Of a stretch of DNA of 64,000 nt, positions 46,305 to 55,221 are shown in pieces; the stretch's first letter is position 1, and each line of letters begins with the position of its first letter. Below the pieces are notes generated by a model. It did not search any database. It was not told where the DNA came from and saw only the letters and a program-made list of their open reading frames with translations. The stretch comes from an uncultured virus (IMG/VR IMGVR_UViG_3300009993_000002) (taxonomy: Duplodnaviria > Heunggongvirae > Uroviricota > Caudoviricetes): the IMG/VR virus record IMGVR_UViG_3300009993_000002; one strand, written 5' to 3'. Made by a program: the position numbers and the translations under genes.

Positions 46305-46736
46305 CTACGAAGAACTGGAGCCCCCGAAGAACTTCTTCCAGAAGGGCCTCCTCTCGTTGCGATGCCTTCCGGAAGGGGCGGGAACCTCGCCGGAAACAAG
46401 GTGGCCAGCGCTGACACCTTCCTCTGCATGGGTTCGTCCGGTTTCGCCTTCCGGAACCTCGGAAGAAGACGGCTCGATGACCGACATGTTCAGTACGTAG
46501 ACGTTCGCCCCCCGGAGTCCGGAGGACGAGAAGCCGGGCTCCGTCCGCAGGAGGCAGGCGCGGGTCAGTTCCGCCCGAGCGCGGACCATCGCGCCCTGCG
46601 TCAGGCCGCTCTCCCTGGCCAGAACGGGAGAGGGGACCTGGGCCCGCCCGATTTCGTTGACGTGGCCCAGCAGGGTGTCCAGCAGCTTTCCTGCCTCATT
46701 GCTGAGGGCCGTGCGGTCGAAGGCGTTCGCGCTCAT
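46305..46736 (-). CDS. Winged-HTH DNA-binding protein
   Basis: 'PSPVLARESGLTQGAMVRARAEL...G...ANVYVL'. Confidence 0.6.
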   Translation of the reverse strand: MSANAFDRTALSNEAGKLLDTLLGHVNEIGRAQVPSPVLARESGLTQGAMVRARAELTRACLLRTEPGFSSSGLRGANVYVLNMSVIEPSSSEVPEGETGRTHAEEGVSAGHLVSGEVPAPSGRHRNERRPFWKKFFGGSSSS

Positions 46737-46840
46737 GCCGTCACCTTTCCAGTGATCGATGTCGGACATCAGCGTACGGCGAAGGGGCACCGGAAGATGC
46801 TCCGGTGCCCCTTCGGGTAGGCCACTTCGGGTGGCCTCGT

Positions 46841-48289
46841 TCAGCCAGCCCAGGGATCGTCGCTGAGCCACCGCGTAATCGTGGACGGATCCACCCCGAG
46901 CATGCGGGACGCTTCGGCCCGGTTCAGATGCTCAGCGGAGATCTCCTCACGCAGCCACGCGATCATCTCGGAACGCGCCTGGTCCTTCTCCTCGGTCGTG
47001 AAACTCGACTTCGGCGCCTGGGAGGCGAAGTAGGCGAGGACGATCGGGTGGTGGCGCCCAGCAGCCCTCTCTGCGGCTTCCTGCCGCACCGGCTCGGCCG
47101 GAACCAGAGCCGGTGCGGTTTCGTCCGGCTCTGGCCCGACAGGCGTCTCCACAGGGGCGTCCACGGCCGTCTCCCCCTCGGGCCCGGACTCGATGTCGGG
47201 TGCCACGATCCACCAGTCTTCGTGCACCGGCTCGTCTTCCATGGGGTACGGCCCGGACGGGGCGAACTGGACCTGCAAGACGCCCTGCAACGGTTGCTGC
47301 ACATCCTCCTTCAACAGGTTGACCTGCGGAGATTCCATTGCAGGGGCCTCTGCATGCAACTCCTGCTGCACCGTCGGCCGCAACGGGGTGGTCGGCTGAT
47401 CGCCGATCGCCCCGTCGTCACTCTCTGTAGATGTCGATACGTCCAGACTTGTCCACCCTGAAGTGGTCTGGTGCAAGTCAGGCCGCACGGGCTCAACATT
47501 CCCCTTGACCAGCGAATATGCGGGTTCGGGAGTGGCCTGTTGCACATCCTTCTGCCGGAACTCCTCAACCGCCGAAACGATGGCGTCGAACGACCGATCC
47601 GATTCCGCACCGTTTGCACCGCTCGAAGTGGCCTGTTGCACGGCCGTCGGCAACACCGCAGTAGGTGCCTCCGGGGCAGCAATCACAACGGTTTCGGGCT
47701 CCAGGCCAGTGGCCTGATGCGGGAGCGACTGCAAATCGGGTCGTTCGATTTGGGCAGTTTCTGTCGAAAATACCGAATCGCCCTCCTCGATTTCGCCGGT
47801 CTCGCTGGATCCCGAGTCCGCGACCTGCGCGTTCTCAATAACGCGCGTCTCCTCTTCCGGCGACGGGTCGACGAGCGTCTTCTTCTCGTCATCGTCACTT
47901 TCCGTATCGGAGTCATCGTCCTGCTCGAAGTCCTGCCATGGCTCCTCGCGGCCCAGCCTGCGCTCGCGGGCAGAGAAGACGGCCAGGCCGACCAGCAGGA
48001 CCAGGAGGGCGCCCACCACAGACTGGAACGTCCCGACGGAGTGGCCGCCGCGCTCCGGGCCGCCCGTCATCGCGCTCGCGACGATCCAGACCGGCGCAAG
48101 GACAACGAGTGCGCGGAACAGCTTGGCCCACGGCGACCTGTGCTCGCCGCTCTCGTCCAGCTCCAGCACCCAGTTCTTGCTGCCGTGCAGACCACGCCTC
48201 AGCATCCTCGCGACGCCCCTGGTGCCGTGCTTCACCTCCACCGAGCGGCGGATTCCGGCAGCCTGCGGGACTCTCATGCGTACAGCCAT
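46841..48289 (-). CDS. Membrane protein (2 TM) with long acidic linker and C-terminal HTH
   Basis: Two TMs; linker with QQAT repeats; 'RAEASRMLGVDPSTITRW'. Confidence 0.65.
   Translation of the reverse strand: MAVRMRVPQAAGIRRSVEVKHGTRGVARMLRRGLHGSKNWVLELDESGEHRSPWAKLFRALVVLAPVWIVASAMTGGPERGGHSVGTFQSVVGALLVLLVGLAVFSARERRLGREEPWQDFEQDDDSDTESDDDEKKTLVDPSPEEETRVIENAQVADSGSSETGEIEEGDSVFSTETAQIERPDLQSLPHQATGLEPETVVIAAPEAPTAVLPTAVQQATSSGANGAESDRSFDAIVSAVEEFRQKDVQQATPEPAYSLVKGNVEPVRPDLHQTTSGWTSLDVSTSTESDDGAIGDQPTTPLRPTVQQELHAEAPAMESPQVNLLKEDVQQPLQGVLQVQFAPSGPYPMEDEPVHEDWWIVAPDIESGPEGETAVDAPVETPVGPEPDETAPALVPAEPVRQEAAERAAGRHHPIVLAYFASQAPKSSFTTEEKDQARSEMIAWLREEISAEHLNRAEASRMLGVDPSTITRWLSDDPWAG
47462..47720. 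repeat. Four degenerate direct repeats AGTGGYCTGNTGC inside a CDS
   Basis: Copies at 47462, 47531, 47627, 47708. Confidence 0.7.
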
Positions 48290-48368
48290 AACCCCCTCAT
48301 CTCCTCTCCGAATGGCCCGCCGGAACGGTTCCGACGGGCCGCTTTCGTTTCGCTTTGCAGGCCACTTT

Positions 48369-48614
48369 TCAGTGGCCTGGGACCCACTTTCGAGGGTCGT
48401 TGTGATTCTCCCAGGAGGGGACCACGATCGGGTCCCCGTACCTGTTGTAGCCGATGTGCGTGCCCGGCGGGATGAGCGTGTTGCCGATCGACGGGCCGCC
48501 GCACGAGAGGCAGGGATCCCCCTCCAGGCGGCCGTGCTCGCAGCGGTGCAGATCCAGGAGCAGCTTGGCCAGGCGGCTCGTCTCGACCTCTTGCGGGGTC
48601 GGCGACTCAGCCAT
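48369..48614 (-). CDS. Small Cys/His-containing hypothetical protein
   Basis: 'CEHGR...CLSCGG'. Confidence 0.5.
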   Translation of the reverse strand: MAESPTPQEVETSRLAKLLLDLHRCEHGRLEGDPCLSCGGPSIGNTLIPPGTHIGYNRYGDPIVVPSWENHNDPRKWVPGH

Positions 48615-48816
48615 GAGCGGCTTCCGGAGTCCGCTTCGAAACGGGCGAATCGGTCTGAACGCCCTTGAATCCGGTACAGGCGCAGACCCCCCGGCCCTGC
48701 GCCAGCTTGTGACGGCAGGCCGTCCGGGATCCCTTCAGGTGCGTTCCGGTGTGCTCGTGTCGGGGGTGCCCGCACCCCGAGGGGCCGGTGCAGAGCGTCT
48801 TCTCGTACAGACCCAT
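48607..48816 (-). CDS. Small Cys/His-rich protein
   Basis: 'C....CGH....H......C......C.C..F'. Confidence 0.5.
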   Translation of the reverse strand: MGLYEKTLCTGPSGCGHPRHEHTGTHLKGSRTACRHKLAQGRGVCACTGFKGVQTDSPVSKRTPEAAHG

Positions 48817-48839
48817 GGCGTTCTCCTCGTTCCTGCTGG

Positions 48840-49109
48840 TCAGCGTTCGGCGGCCAGCTCGTTCAGCTTCACTGCCAGCTTCGCATTCAGGTCCAGCGCC
48901 TGTTCGTAGGTCAGCTCGGCGAAGATGCCGGGGTCCTCGTCGATCTGGACTTCGCTCAGCGGTACCGTCAGGCGGTCGCCGAAGCCGGTCTTCACCGGAC
49001 CGAAGCCGCCGATGACGATGTGGCACCCCGGGGTCATGCTCTTCTCTACGACGAGCCGGGCCTTCCGGTCGATGTCGCCCAGGCTGTTCAGGGCGCGGAT
49101 CTCGCTCAC
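48840..49109 (-). CDS. Hypothetical protein
   Basis: GGAGG RBS, coupled. Confidence 0.5.
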   Translation of the reverse strand: MSEIRALNSLGDIDRKARLVVEKSMTPGCHIVIGGFGPVKTGFGDRLTVPLSEVQIDEDPGIFAELTYEQALDLNAKLAVKLNELAAER

Positions 49110-49447
49110 TTCTCCTCCTCGGTGTTCACCCAGGTCCGCCCCAGGTAGTCCTTGTGCGGGGCCGTATGGCCCCGCTCCGGCTCTTCGCAGGACTCTCCGT
49201 CGTCGGGATGCTGCGCGTCGCAGAAGAGCAGTACCCCGTGCTCCTTGAAGGCGGCGACGATTGTGGGCTCCGCGTCGTACACGCCGACCGTCGCCTCCGC
49301 GTTGCCCCAGCCGAACCCCAGCAGACCGCCGATCAGCTTGGAGGCGATGCGCTGAAGAGCGGCCTCGCCGATCTGGTCCTTGAGGGGCAGTAGCTCGTCC
49401 ATCACGGGCTCGAACACGGCAGTGCCCGATTCGTACTTTGCTCCCAC
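49106..49447 (-). CDS. Hypothetical protein
   Basis: AGGAG RBS. Confidence 0.5.
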   Translation of the reverse strand: MGAKYESGTAVFEPVMDELLPLKDQIGEAALQRIASKLIGGLLGFGWGNAEATVGVYDAEPTIVAAFKEHGVLLFCDAQHPDDGESCEEPERGHTAPHKDYLGRTWVNTEEEK

Positions 49448-49512
49448 GTGCTCTCCTTGTTCCGAAGGTTCTTACTTGGGTTCGCCATGTAATCCAAGGC
49501 GAACCCCTTCCG

Positions 49513-49731
49513 TCATGCCGTCTCTACGCGGGTTACGTGGTAGATGCCCGCGTAGATCTCACGCACATCCTCCGCGCTGTCCACCTCGTCCAGCTCGACG
49601 AGGAAGGTGTGGTGCTCGCCCGTCACGTCGGTGCAGGGTTTGCCGTTGACCGGGCACGGCCCGGTCTTCTTGTCGCGCGGGTTGTGCTCGGGGTTCTTGG
49701 CCAGCCTCACCGTGACCACGAAGGTGGCCAT
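49513..49731 (-). CDS. Hypothetical protein
   Basis: Coupled to the NlpC/P60 gene. Confidence 0.5.
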   Translation of the reverse strand: MATFVVTVRLAKNPEHNPRDKKTGPCPVNGKPCTDVTGEHHTFLVELDEVDSAEDVREIYAGIYHVTRVETA

Positions 49732-50198
49732 CAGCCGTTCACCCGGCCGATGTAGACCTTCCGGCCGCCGTACTTGTACTCGGAGATCGGGGCGACGACG
49801 ACCTTGTAGCCCCGGTAGGAGCCGGAGTTGGCGTTCACGATCTTGTTGTTGCCGACGTAGATGCCGACGTGCTTGATGTTCCTCGACGAGGTGCCGAAGA
49901 AGACCAGGTCACCCTTGGCGCGCTTGCTCCAGGAGATGTGCGTGGACTTGTTGTACTGGCCCTGCGCCGTGGCCGCGAGCTTCTTGCCGTGCTTCTTGTA
50001 CGAGTAGTACGTGAGGCCCGAGCAGTCGAAGTAAGTCGGGCCCTTGCCGCCCGCGCGGTACGGGCTGCCCTTCTTGTCGAGGGCGGTATTCAGCGCCTTG
50101 GTCCGTATCGGGGTGGCCGCTTCGGAGCTGGGGGCCAGCGTCAGCACGAGACCGCCGCTCAGGGCTGCGGACAGGGCGACGGAGGTCAGCTTGTTCAC
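49731..50198 (-). CDS. Second NlpC/P60 secreted peptidase
   Basis: Signal peptide; 'GSPY', 'FDCSGL', 'GDLVFF', 'HVGIY'. Confidence 0.9.
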   Translation of the reverse strand: MNKLTSVALSAALSGGLVLTLAPSSEAATPIRTKALNTALDKKGSPYRAGGKGPTYFDCSGLTYYSYKKHGKKLAATAQGQYNKSTHISWSKRAKGDLVFFGTSSRNIKHVGIYVGNNKIVNANSGSYRGYKVVVAPISEYKYGGRKVYIGRVNG

Positions 50199-50256
50199 GG
50201 GGATTCTCCTTGGATTCTGAGGTTCTTCCGGATGTTCGAGCTGGAATTCTGGAGAA

Positions 50257-50724
50257 CTACCAGCTCATTCCTTCAGGACTGAAGAAGACGGGGATGCCCG
50301 CCTTCCGGGCTCGTTTCACGCAGTCGGCGGTCCCGTGAGAGGGGTGTTCGCCGGGCGGACACCAGCGGCCGTTCTTCCGGCACGGGTTCGCCCACGCCAT
50401 GACGGCCTGGGCTCCGGCATCGACCATGTCCTGGTTGCGCAGGTTGCCCGCGTAGTTGCCGTGTGTGTCCCAGTCGGGCAGGTACGGCCGTTCCAGGACC
50501 AGCTCGTCGATGAAGTGGGAGGACCAGTCGCTCACGATCCTGTCGGCGCCCCGCCTGTTCTTTCCGTTGCGGATGAGCAGGCGGCCGTGGCGTTTCAGCA
50601 GACGCGTCAGCGGCAGGTGGACCGACCTGCGGTCCACCCAGTCCCTGGAGCCGGTAATGATCAGCTCGAAGTACGGCAAGTTGATGACCAACTTGCTTGT
50701 CTCTAGCTGCGATTGGGCGTCCAC
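50257..50724 (-). CDS. SLOG-family (DUF2493/YspA-like) protein
   Basis: 'IITGSRDW', 'GAD', 'AGNLRNQDMV', 'SHGTADCVKRA..AGIP'. Confidence 0.8.
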   Translation of the reverse strand: MDAQSQLETSKLVINLPYFELIITGSRDWVDRRSVHLPLTRLLKRHGRLLIRNGKNRRGADRIVSDWSSHFIDELVLERPYLPDWDTHGNYAGNLRNQDMVDAGAQAVMAWANPCRKNGRWCPPGEHPSHGTADCVKRARKAGIPVFFSPEGMSW

Positions 50725-50959
50725 GATCCTCCTTTCAAACGGCCTAGGCCGATCCTACCCGATGGCCTACTTCCGAGGTAGGCCACTTCCTGGGACTGGT
50801 TGCCCCGTTTCGCCCCGATTCGGAGATGCTTCGAATCACAACGAATGCTCCTGAACTAGACATACCGGACCACTTTTTATGGATCTCCGACACGCTACAG
50901 CAGGACATACTGGACTATTTTGGACAGGGCGAATTGGCATGCTTGCGTAGTTTGTCTTG

Positions 50960-51069
50960 TACCGTTCGGTAACTTCTCTTCCTGGATTCGGCCCAGTTCC
51001 GAGCCGATTCTCGTTACCTCCGAGTAACTTCTCTTCGCTTCGCCCGGGAAGGAAAGTTACCGAACGGTA
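50960..51069. repeat. Perfect 16-bp inverted repeat enclosing internal hairpins (candidate structured RNA)
   Basis: TACCGTTCGGTAACTT 50960-50975 / AAGTTACCGAACGGTA 51054-51069. Confidence 0.7.
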
Positions 51070-51085
51070 GCCACGGGGCACACGA

Positions 51086-51114
51086 AAGGCCCGCCGGGCG
51101 CTCCGGCGGGCCTT
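51086..51114. terminator. Intrinsic terminator-like hairpin
   Basis: AAGGCCCGCCGG...CCGGCGGGCCTT. Confidence 0.7.
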
Positions 51115-51117
51115 GGG

Positions 51118-51402
51118 TCAGTCGAACGGAATCCAGGACGGGATGACGTCCGGCTCGATGGCGAACTCTTCGATCATCGGCCCGTAGTCGTCTCGCCGGA
51201 TTTGACCGCTCTCGGTGAACATGTACCGCTCGATGTAGACGTACGGCCCCTCGCGCCAGATGTCGGGCCACAGGGGGACGGTTCTGGGGTCGACGCCACA
51301 GGACTTCAGCATGGCGACCGTCTCCTGCTTTCTTCTCTCCAGGAGCTTCGCAGCCGCATCGGCCACCCATGCCAGGTGGAGCGTCACGGGATCCAGGTTC
51401 AT
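51118..51402 (-). CDS. Hypothetical protein
   Basis: GGAGG RBS. Confidence 0.5.
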   Translation of the reverse strand: MNLDPVTLHLAWVADAAAKLLERRKQETVAMLKSCGVDPRTVPLWPDIWREGPYVYIERYMFTESGQIRRDDYGPMIEEFAIEPDVIPSWIPFD

Positions 51403-51459
51403 CTCTCTCCTCCCACGCGAAAGAGGGGCACGGCTTCCGCCGCACCCCTCAGTCCGCTC

Positions 51460-51873
51460 TCAGCCGATCGAGACTTCGGTCCCGTCGGGCCACAGGAAGC
51501 GCGCGTTCTCCTTGCGCACTCCGTTCTCGTCGGCGACCACGCGCCAGAGGTCACCGGCCCACTCGCCGTCCACGACCATCTGACCCTTGACCGTCCTGCC
51601 GATTTCCTTCATCTCGGCGACAAGCGCCTCGACGTCCTGCTTCAGATTCCGGCAGTCGAATGACTCTCGCCACGGAATGGCGACCTTCGACGTGAAGAGG
51701 ATGGACACACCATCGTCTGTCTCCACCTCTGAGCGCTCGACGCCCAGCACGACACCCGGATCGTCACGCGAACCGGGTTTGTCGGCCAGGTAGAACCGGC
51801 TCTTCTTGATCTCAGACCAGTTCAGTGGAGGCTCGATGTCGAAGAGTCCGTTCACGGATCCTTCGTAGCTCAC
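51460..51873 (-). CDS. Hypothetical protein
   Basis: GGAG RBS before GTG. Confidence 0.55.
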   Translation of the reverse strand: MSYEGSVNGLFDIEPPLNWSEIKKSRFYLADKPGSRDDPGVVLGVERSEVETDDGVSILFTSKVAIPWRESFDCRNLKQDVEALVAEMKEIGRTVKGQMVVDGEWAGDLWRVVADENGVRKENARFLWPDGTEVSIG

Positions 51874-51958
51874 CTTCTTCTCCCTTCCAGGAACAGGAAC
51901 ACGCGGGTGGCCACCCCGGATCCTGCCAGGATGGCCACCCATTCGATCGCGTACCTCA

Positions 51959-52609
51959 TCAGCCTTCGGTGCAGAGCGGGAAGAGCTTGCTCTTCAGGCC
52001 GGTGGGGATCTCGGCCGCCAGGCACTTCTCGTAGTCGACCTGGCGGACGTCCTGCTCGTACAGGTCGCCGTCGTCCGTGAGGACGAAGATCTCGTACTCG
52101 GTCTCGCACCCGTGGGGCTTGACCTTGTACTTGAGCTTGGGGACCTGCTTGCCCTTCAGCTTCTCGGGCTTCTCGGGCTTCTGCTTCAGCTTGACGCCCT
52201 TGTTCTTCACCTTCGTGGCGGTCGGGCTCGGCTTCGGGCTCGACTTCTGGCTGGGCGTCGAGGAGGTTCCCCGCCGGGATGTGCCGGACTTCGCGGAGGG
52301 CGTGGGCGTGGGCTTCTTGACGGGCTCCTGCTTCGCCTCCTGCTCGATGGCAGAGTCCGAGTCCGCCTTCTTGTCCGAGGACTTCTTGCCTGCGCTTCCG
52401 CCTCCGCTCTTCTTGCCGCCGCCCTTGCCTGCGACGAAGGCGACAGCCTCCATTGCGACGTTCTCGTTGGGGCAGTCGTAGTCGAGCTGCTGCGCCTGCA
52501 CGGCGCCTGAAACCTGGTAGTCGTAGGTCCCACTACCACACGCAGAGAGCGCGAGGATGCCGGTAGCGACCCCGGAAACGATCGTCATGGTCTTCTTGTT
52601 CACGTTCAA
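51959..52609 (-). CDS. Lipoprotein with Lys/Pro/Ser-rich linker
   Basis: Lipobox LALSAC; paired Cys flanking a low-complexity basic region. Confidence 0.65.
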   Translation of the reverse strand: MNVNKKTMTIVSGVATGILALSACGSGTYDYQVSGAVQAQQLDYDCPNENVAMEAVAFVAGKGGGKKSGGGSAGKKSSDKKADSDSAIEQEAKQEPVKKPTPTPSAKSGTSRRGTSSTPSQKSSPKPSPTATKVKNKGVKLKQKPEKPEKLKGKQVPKLKYKVKPHGCETEYEIFVLTDDGDLYEQDVRQVDYEKCLAAEIPTGLKSKLFPLCTEG

Positions 52610-52711
52610 TCCCCTTTCCTAGAAACAGTCTTGCAGAAAACCGAGAAGTTGTCGAGTCGCTTCTTCGTAGATTCGTGCGAAGCTATGACCATCACACGGA
52701 GGGAGGAACCC

Positions 52712-53812
52712 GTGTCTACACCGATGAGCGCAGCCAAATTTCTGGCAGCGCTGAAGGCGGAAGGTGTGGAGGTCGTCGAGGTTGGCGACTGGGAGCATCA
52801 CAACCGGAACAGCAAGGGTCCATGGGGGCCGGTTCACGGCGTGGTGATTCACCACACCGTGACCAGTGGCACCCAGAACACCGTGAACATCGTGAGGAAC
52901 GGGTACTCGGGACTGCCGGGTCCGCTCTGTCACGGCATGATCGCCAAGAGCGGCACCGTCTACCTGGTTGGCTACGGCCGTGCCAACCATGCGGGCCTGG
53001 GCGACCCGGACGTACTCGCAGCAGTCATCGACGAGCGGTCTACGCCCGTCGACAACGAGGCCACGGTGGACGGCAACAGGGCCTTCTACGGCTTCGAGTG
53101 CGAGAACCTGGGCAACGGGAAGGACCCGTGGCCTGCGGCTCAACTGGAGGCCATCGAGCGCGTCTCTGCGGCCATCTGCCGGGCGCACGACTGGGGGCCG
53201 CTGTCGATCATCGGGCACAAGGAGTGGCAGCCGGGCAAGGTCGATCCGCTCGGCTTCACGATGGACTCCATGCGTGCGCGTGTGAGGTCCCGTCTCGGCA
53301 GCTCGCCGGACAAGCCCACCCCGCCGCCGTCCACCGGTACCACGTACACGGTCAAGCCGGGCGACACCCTGAGCGGGATCGCGAAGGCGCTGGGCGTGAC
53401 GGCCGATGCCCTGTACGCGGCCAACAAGGACAAGATCAAGAACAAGAACGAGATCTTCCCGGGCCAGGAGCTGACGATCCCCAAGGGGTCGGGGCTGCCG
53501 ACGCCGGTCAAGCCGAAGGTCGACCTGTCGCAGATCATCGCGGCGGCCAAGTCGAACCCCAAGGCATCCGGACAGCCGGTGACTTACTCCGGAGTCAAGA
53601 CTGTCGAGGCTGCCCTGGTCGACGAAGGGCTCCTGGAGAAGGAACTCCTGGACGGTCACTACGGCACGAGCACTGTCGAGGCGTACCGGAAGTGGCAGCT
53701 CAAGCTGTACCCCGGTGCCAGTACGGCTCCGGGTGGTGCAGCAGACGGCATACCTGGGAACGACAGCCTCACTAGGCTCGGCAACAAGCACGGTTTCACT
53801 GTCGTCGCGTGA
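52712..53812 (+). CDS. Endolysin: amidase_2, LysM and PG-binding domain
   Basis: 'VIHHT', 'GRANHAG', 'GFECEN', 'IGHKEW...KVDP'; LysM 'YTVKPGDTLSGIA'; 'DGHYG..T','DGIPG'. Confidence 0.92.
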   Translation: MSTPMSAAKFLAALKAEGVEVVEVGDWEHHNRNSKGPWGPVHGVVIHHTVTSGTQNTVNIVRNGYSGLPGPLCHGMIAKSGTVYLVGYGRANHAGLGDPDVLAAVIDERSTPVDNEATVDGNRAFYGFECENLGNGKDPWPAAQLEAIERVSAAICRAHDWGPLSIIGHKEWQPGKVDPLGFTMDSMRARVRSRLGSSPDKPTPPPSTGTTYTVKPGDTLSGIAKALGVTADALYAANKDKIKNKNEIFPGQELTIPKGSGLPTPVKPKVDLSQIIAAAKSNPKASGQPVTYSGVKTVEAALVDEGLLEKELLDGHYGTSTVEAYRKWQLKLYPGASTAPGGAADGIPGNDSLTRLGNKHGFTVVA

Positions 53813-53829
53813 CCACGAGAGGTGGCCAA

Positions 53830-54207
53830 ATGCGTATCTTCGGTCGTGAACCGGTGTACATCCTGGCTTTCATCGCCGTCGCCCTGAAGCTGGCGACGGC
53901 GTACGGCCTGGATGTCTCCGATGAGATGCAGGGCGCCATCATGGCGTTCCTCAGTCTGGTGGTCGCGTTCGCCGAGGCGATCGTCCTGAAGACGGGCGCC
54001 GTGGGTGCGGCCGTGATCAACCTGGCGCAGGGTGCACTGGCCCTCTTCCTCGCCTTCGGGCTGGAGATGAGTGCCGAACAGCAGGCGCTGTGGATGCTCA
54101 TCGTGGAGAGCGCGGTCGCGCTGTGGCTGCGTGAGCGCGTCACGGCACCGGTCGTCGCCCTGCCGATCGAGCAGCGGGCCCCGGCAGCCGTCACCAAGGC
54201 GGCCTGA
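53830..54207 (+). CDS. Holin
   Basis: 'IFGREP' start, multi-TM, directly after the endolysin. Confidence 0.8.
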   Translation: MRIFGREPVYILAFIAVALKLATAYGLDVSDEMQGAIMAFLSLVVAFAEAIVLKTGAVGAAVINLAQGALALFLAFGLEMSAEQQALWMLIVESAVALWLRERVTAPVVALPIEQRAPAAVTKAA

Positions 54208-54641
54208 TGGCCACGGCGATCCGGCGAATGCACAAGCGGCTGGGTCGCCGTGGTACCGCACTCGTACTCCTGGGCCTGGGCAAGGTTTGCTTCGGCCTGG
54301 GGTACGCACTCGATCCGGGCCCGAGCCCGGTGGGACTGGGACTTCTGAACAGGCATGGCGGCGTCCAGTGCTGGTCGTCGGTGTGGATCATCTGTGGAGT
54401 CATCACCTTCGGGTGCGCATGGCTCCGGATCGGACGGGACTGGCTCGGGTTCTTCACCGCGCTGATTCCGCCCCTGACGTGGGGTTCCACATTCCTCTGG
54501 AGTGCGGTCTCCGGCGATTACCCCAGAGGGTTCGCCCTCGCCGCGTGGTACGCGATCAGCCACGTCGGTCTCATTTTGTGGGCGGCCTCGGTTCCCGAGT
54601 ACTCGCTGCCGCAACCGACCCTCCAGGAGGAGCGAAGATGA
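54207..54641 (+). CDS. Membrane protein (lysis cassette)
   Basis: About 4 TM, 'LGRRG' motif, coupled to the holin. Confidence 0.65.
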   Translation: MATAIRRMHKRLGRRGTALVLLGLGKVCFGLGYALDPGPSPVGLGLLNRHGGVQCWSSVWIICGVITFGCAWLRIGRDWLGFFTALIPPLTWGSTFLWSAVSGDYPRGFALAAWYAISHVGLILWAASVPEYSLPQPTLQEERR

Positions 54642-55012
54642 CCGAAGACTGGGGGGCCGTCCTGCCCGTTGTCGGGGCCCTGCTGGGGGCGCTCGCCCTT
54701 CTCGGCTCGGGCCTCTTCGCCGCGCGAGCCGCGAAGGCGGCGGCCAGAATGACTGCGGAAGCCCAGCGGGCAACCGCGATGGCCAGCGCCGAGCCTGCCC
54801 AGCGGCAGGCTGACCTGGCCACCTTCAGGGAGATCCGGGACGGGCTGGAGAGGAAGCTGGACCGGCACGAGACGCGCATCGACAGCCTCACGTCGCTGGT
54901 CCGAGCATTCTCCTGGTACGTCTCGGAGCTGACCGGGCAGATGCGCTCTCACGGAATCGAACCACCTGCCCCGCCGGAGCGGATCGTGGAGTACAACCGC
55001 AACGGAACCTGA
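54638..55012 (+). CDS. Single-TM coiled-coil protein (lysis cassette)
   Basis: N-terminal TM, coiled coil, Pro-rich end. Confidence 0.65.
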   Translation: MTEDWGAVLPVVGALLGALALLGSGLFAARAAKAAARMTAEAQRATAMASAEPAQRQADLATFREIRDGLERKLDRHETRIDSLTSLVRAFSWYVSELTGQMRSHGIEPPAPPERIVEYNRNGT

Positions 55013-55016
55013 CGAA

Positions 55017-55048
55017 GAAGGGCCCGGCCGGGGGAGGCCGGGCCCTTC
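55017..55048. terminator. Bidirectional terminator
   Basis: GAAGGGCCCGGCC...GGCCGGGCCCTTC between convergent genes. Confidence 0.75.
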
Positions 55049-55053
55049 CTGGT

Positions 55054-55221
55054 TCATCGGCGCCAAGCACGCCAGGCGGCGACCGCCAGGATGGTCATCA
55101 TCGCCAGCAGGGCGGCGGGGATGATGACGTACCCGATGGCCAGGCCCATGCCGTAGCCGAAGGGGTCGACCTCGCGCATCTGCTCATCACGGAAGATGGC
55201 GTCGTACCAGCCGGGCATCAT
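55054..55221 (-). CDS. Small membrane protein
   Basis: One TM, AGGAG RBS. Confidence 0.5.
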   Translation of the reverse strand: MMPGWYDAIFRDEQMREVDPFGYGMGLAIGYVIIPAALLAMMTILAVAAWRAWRR

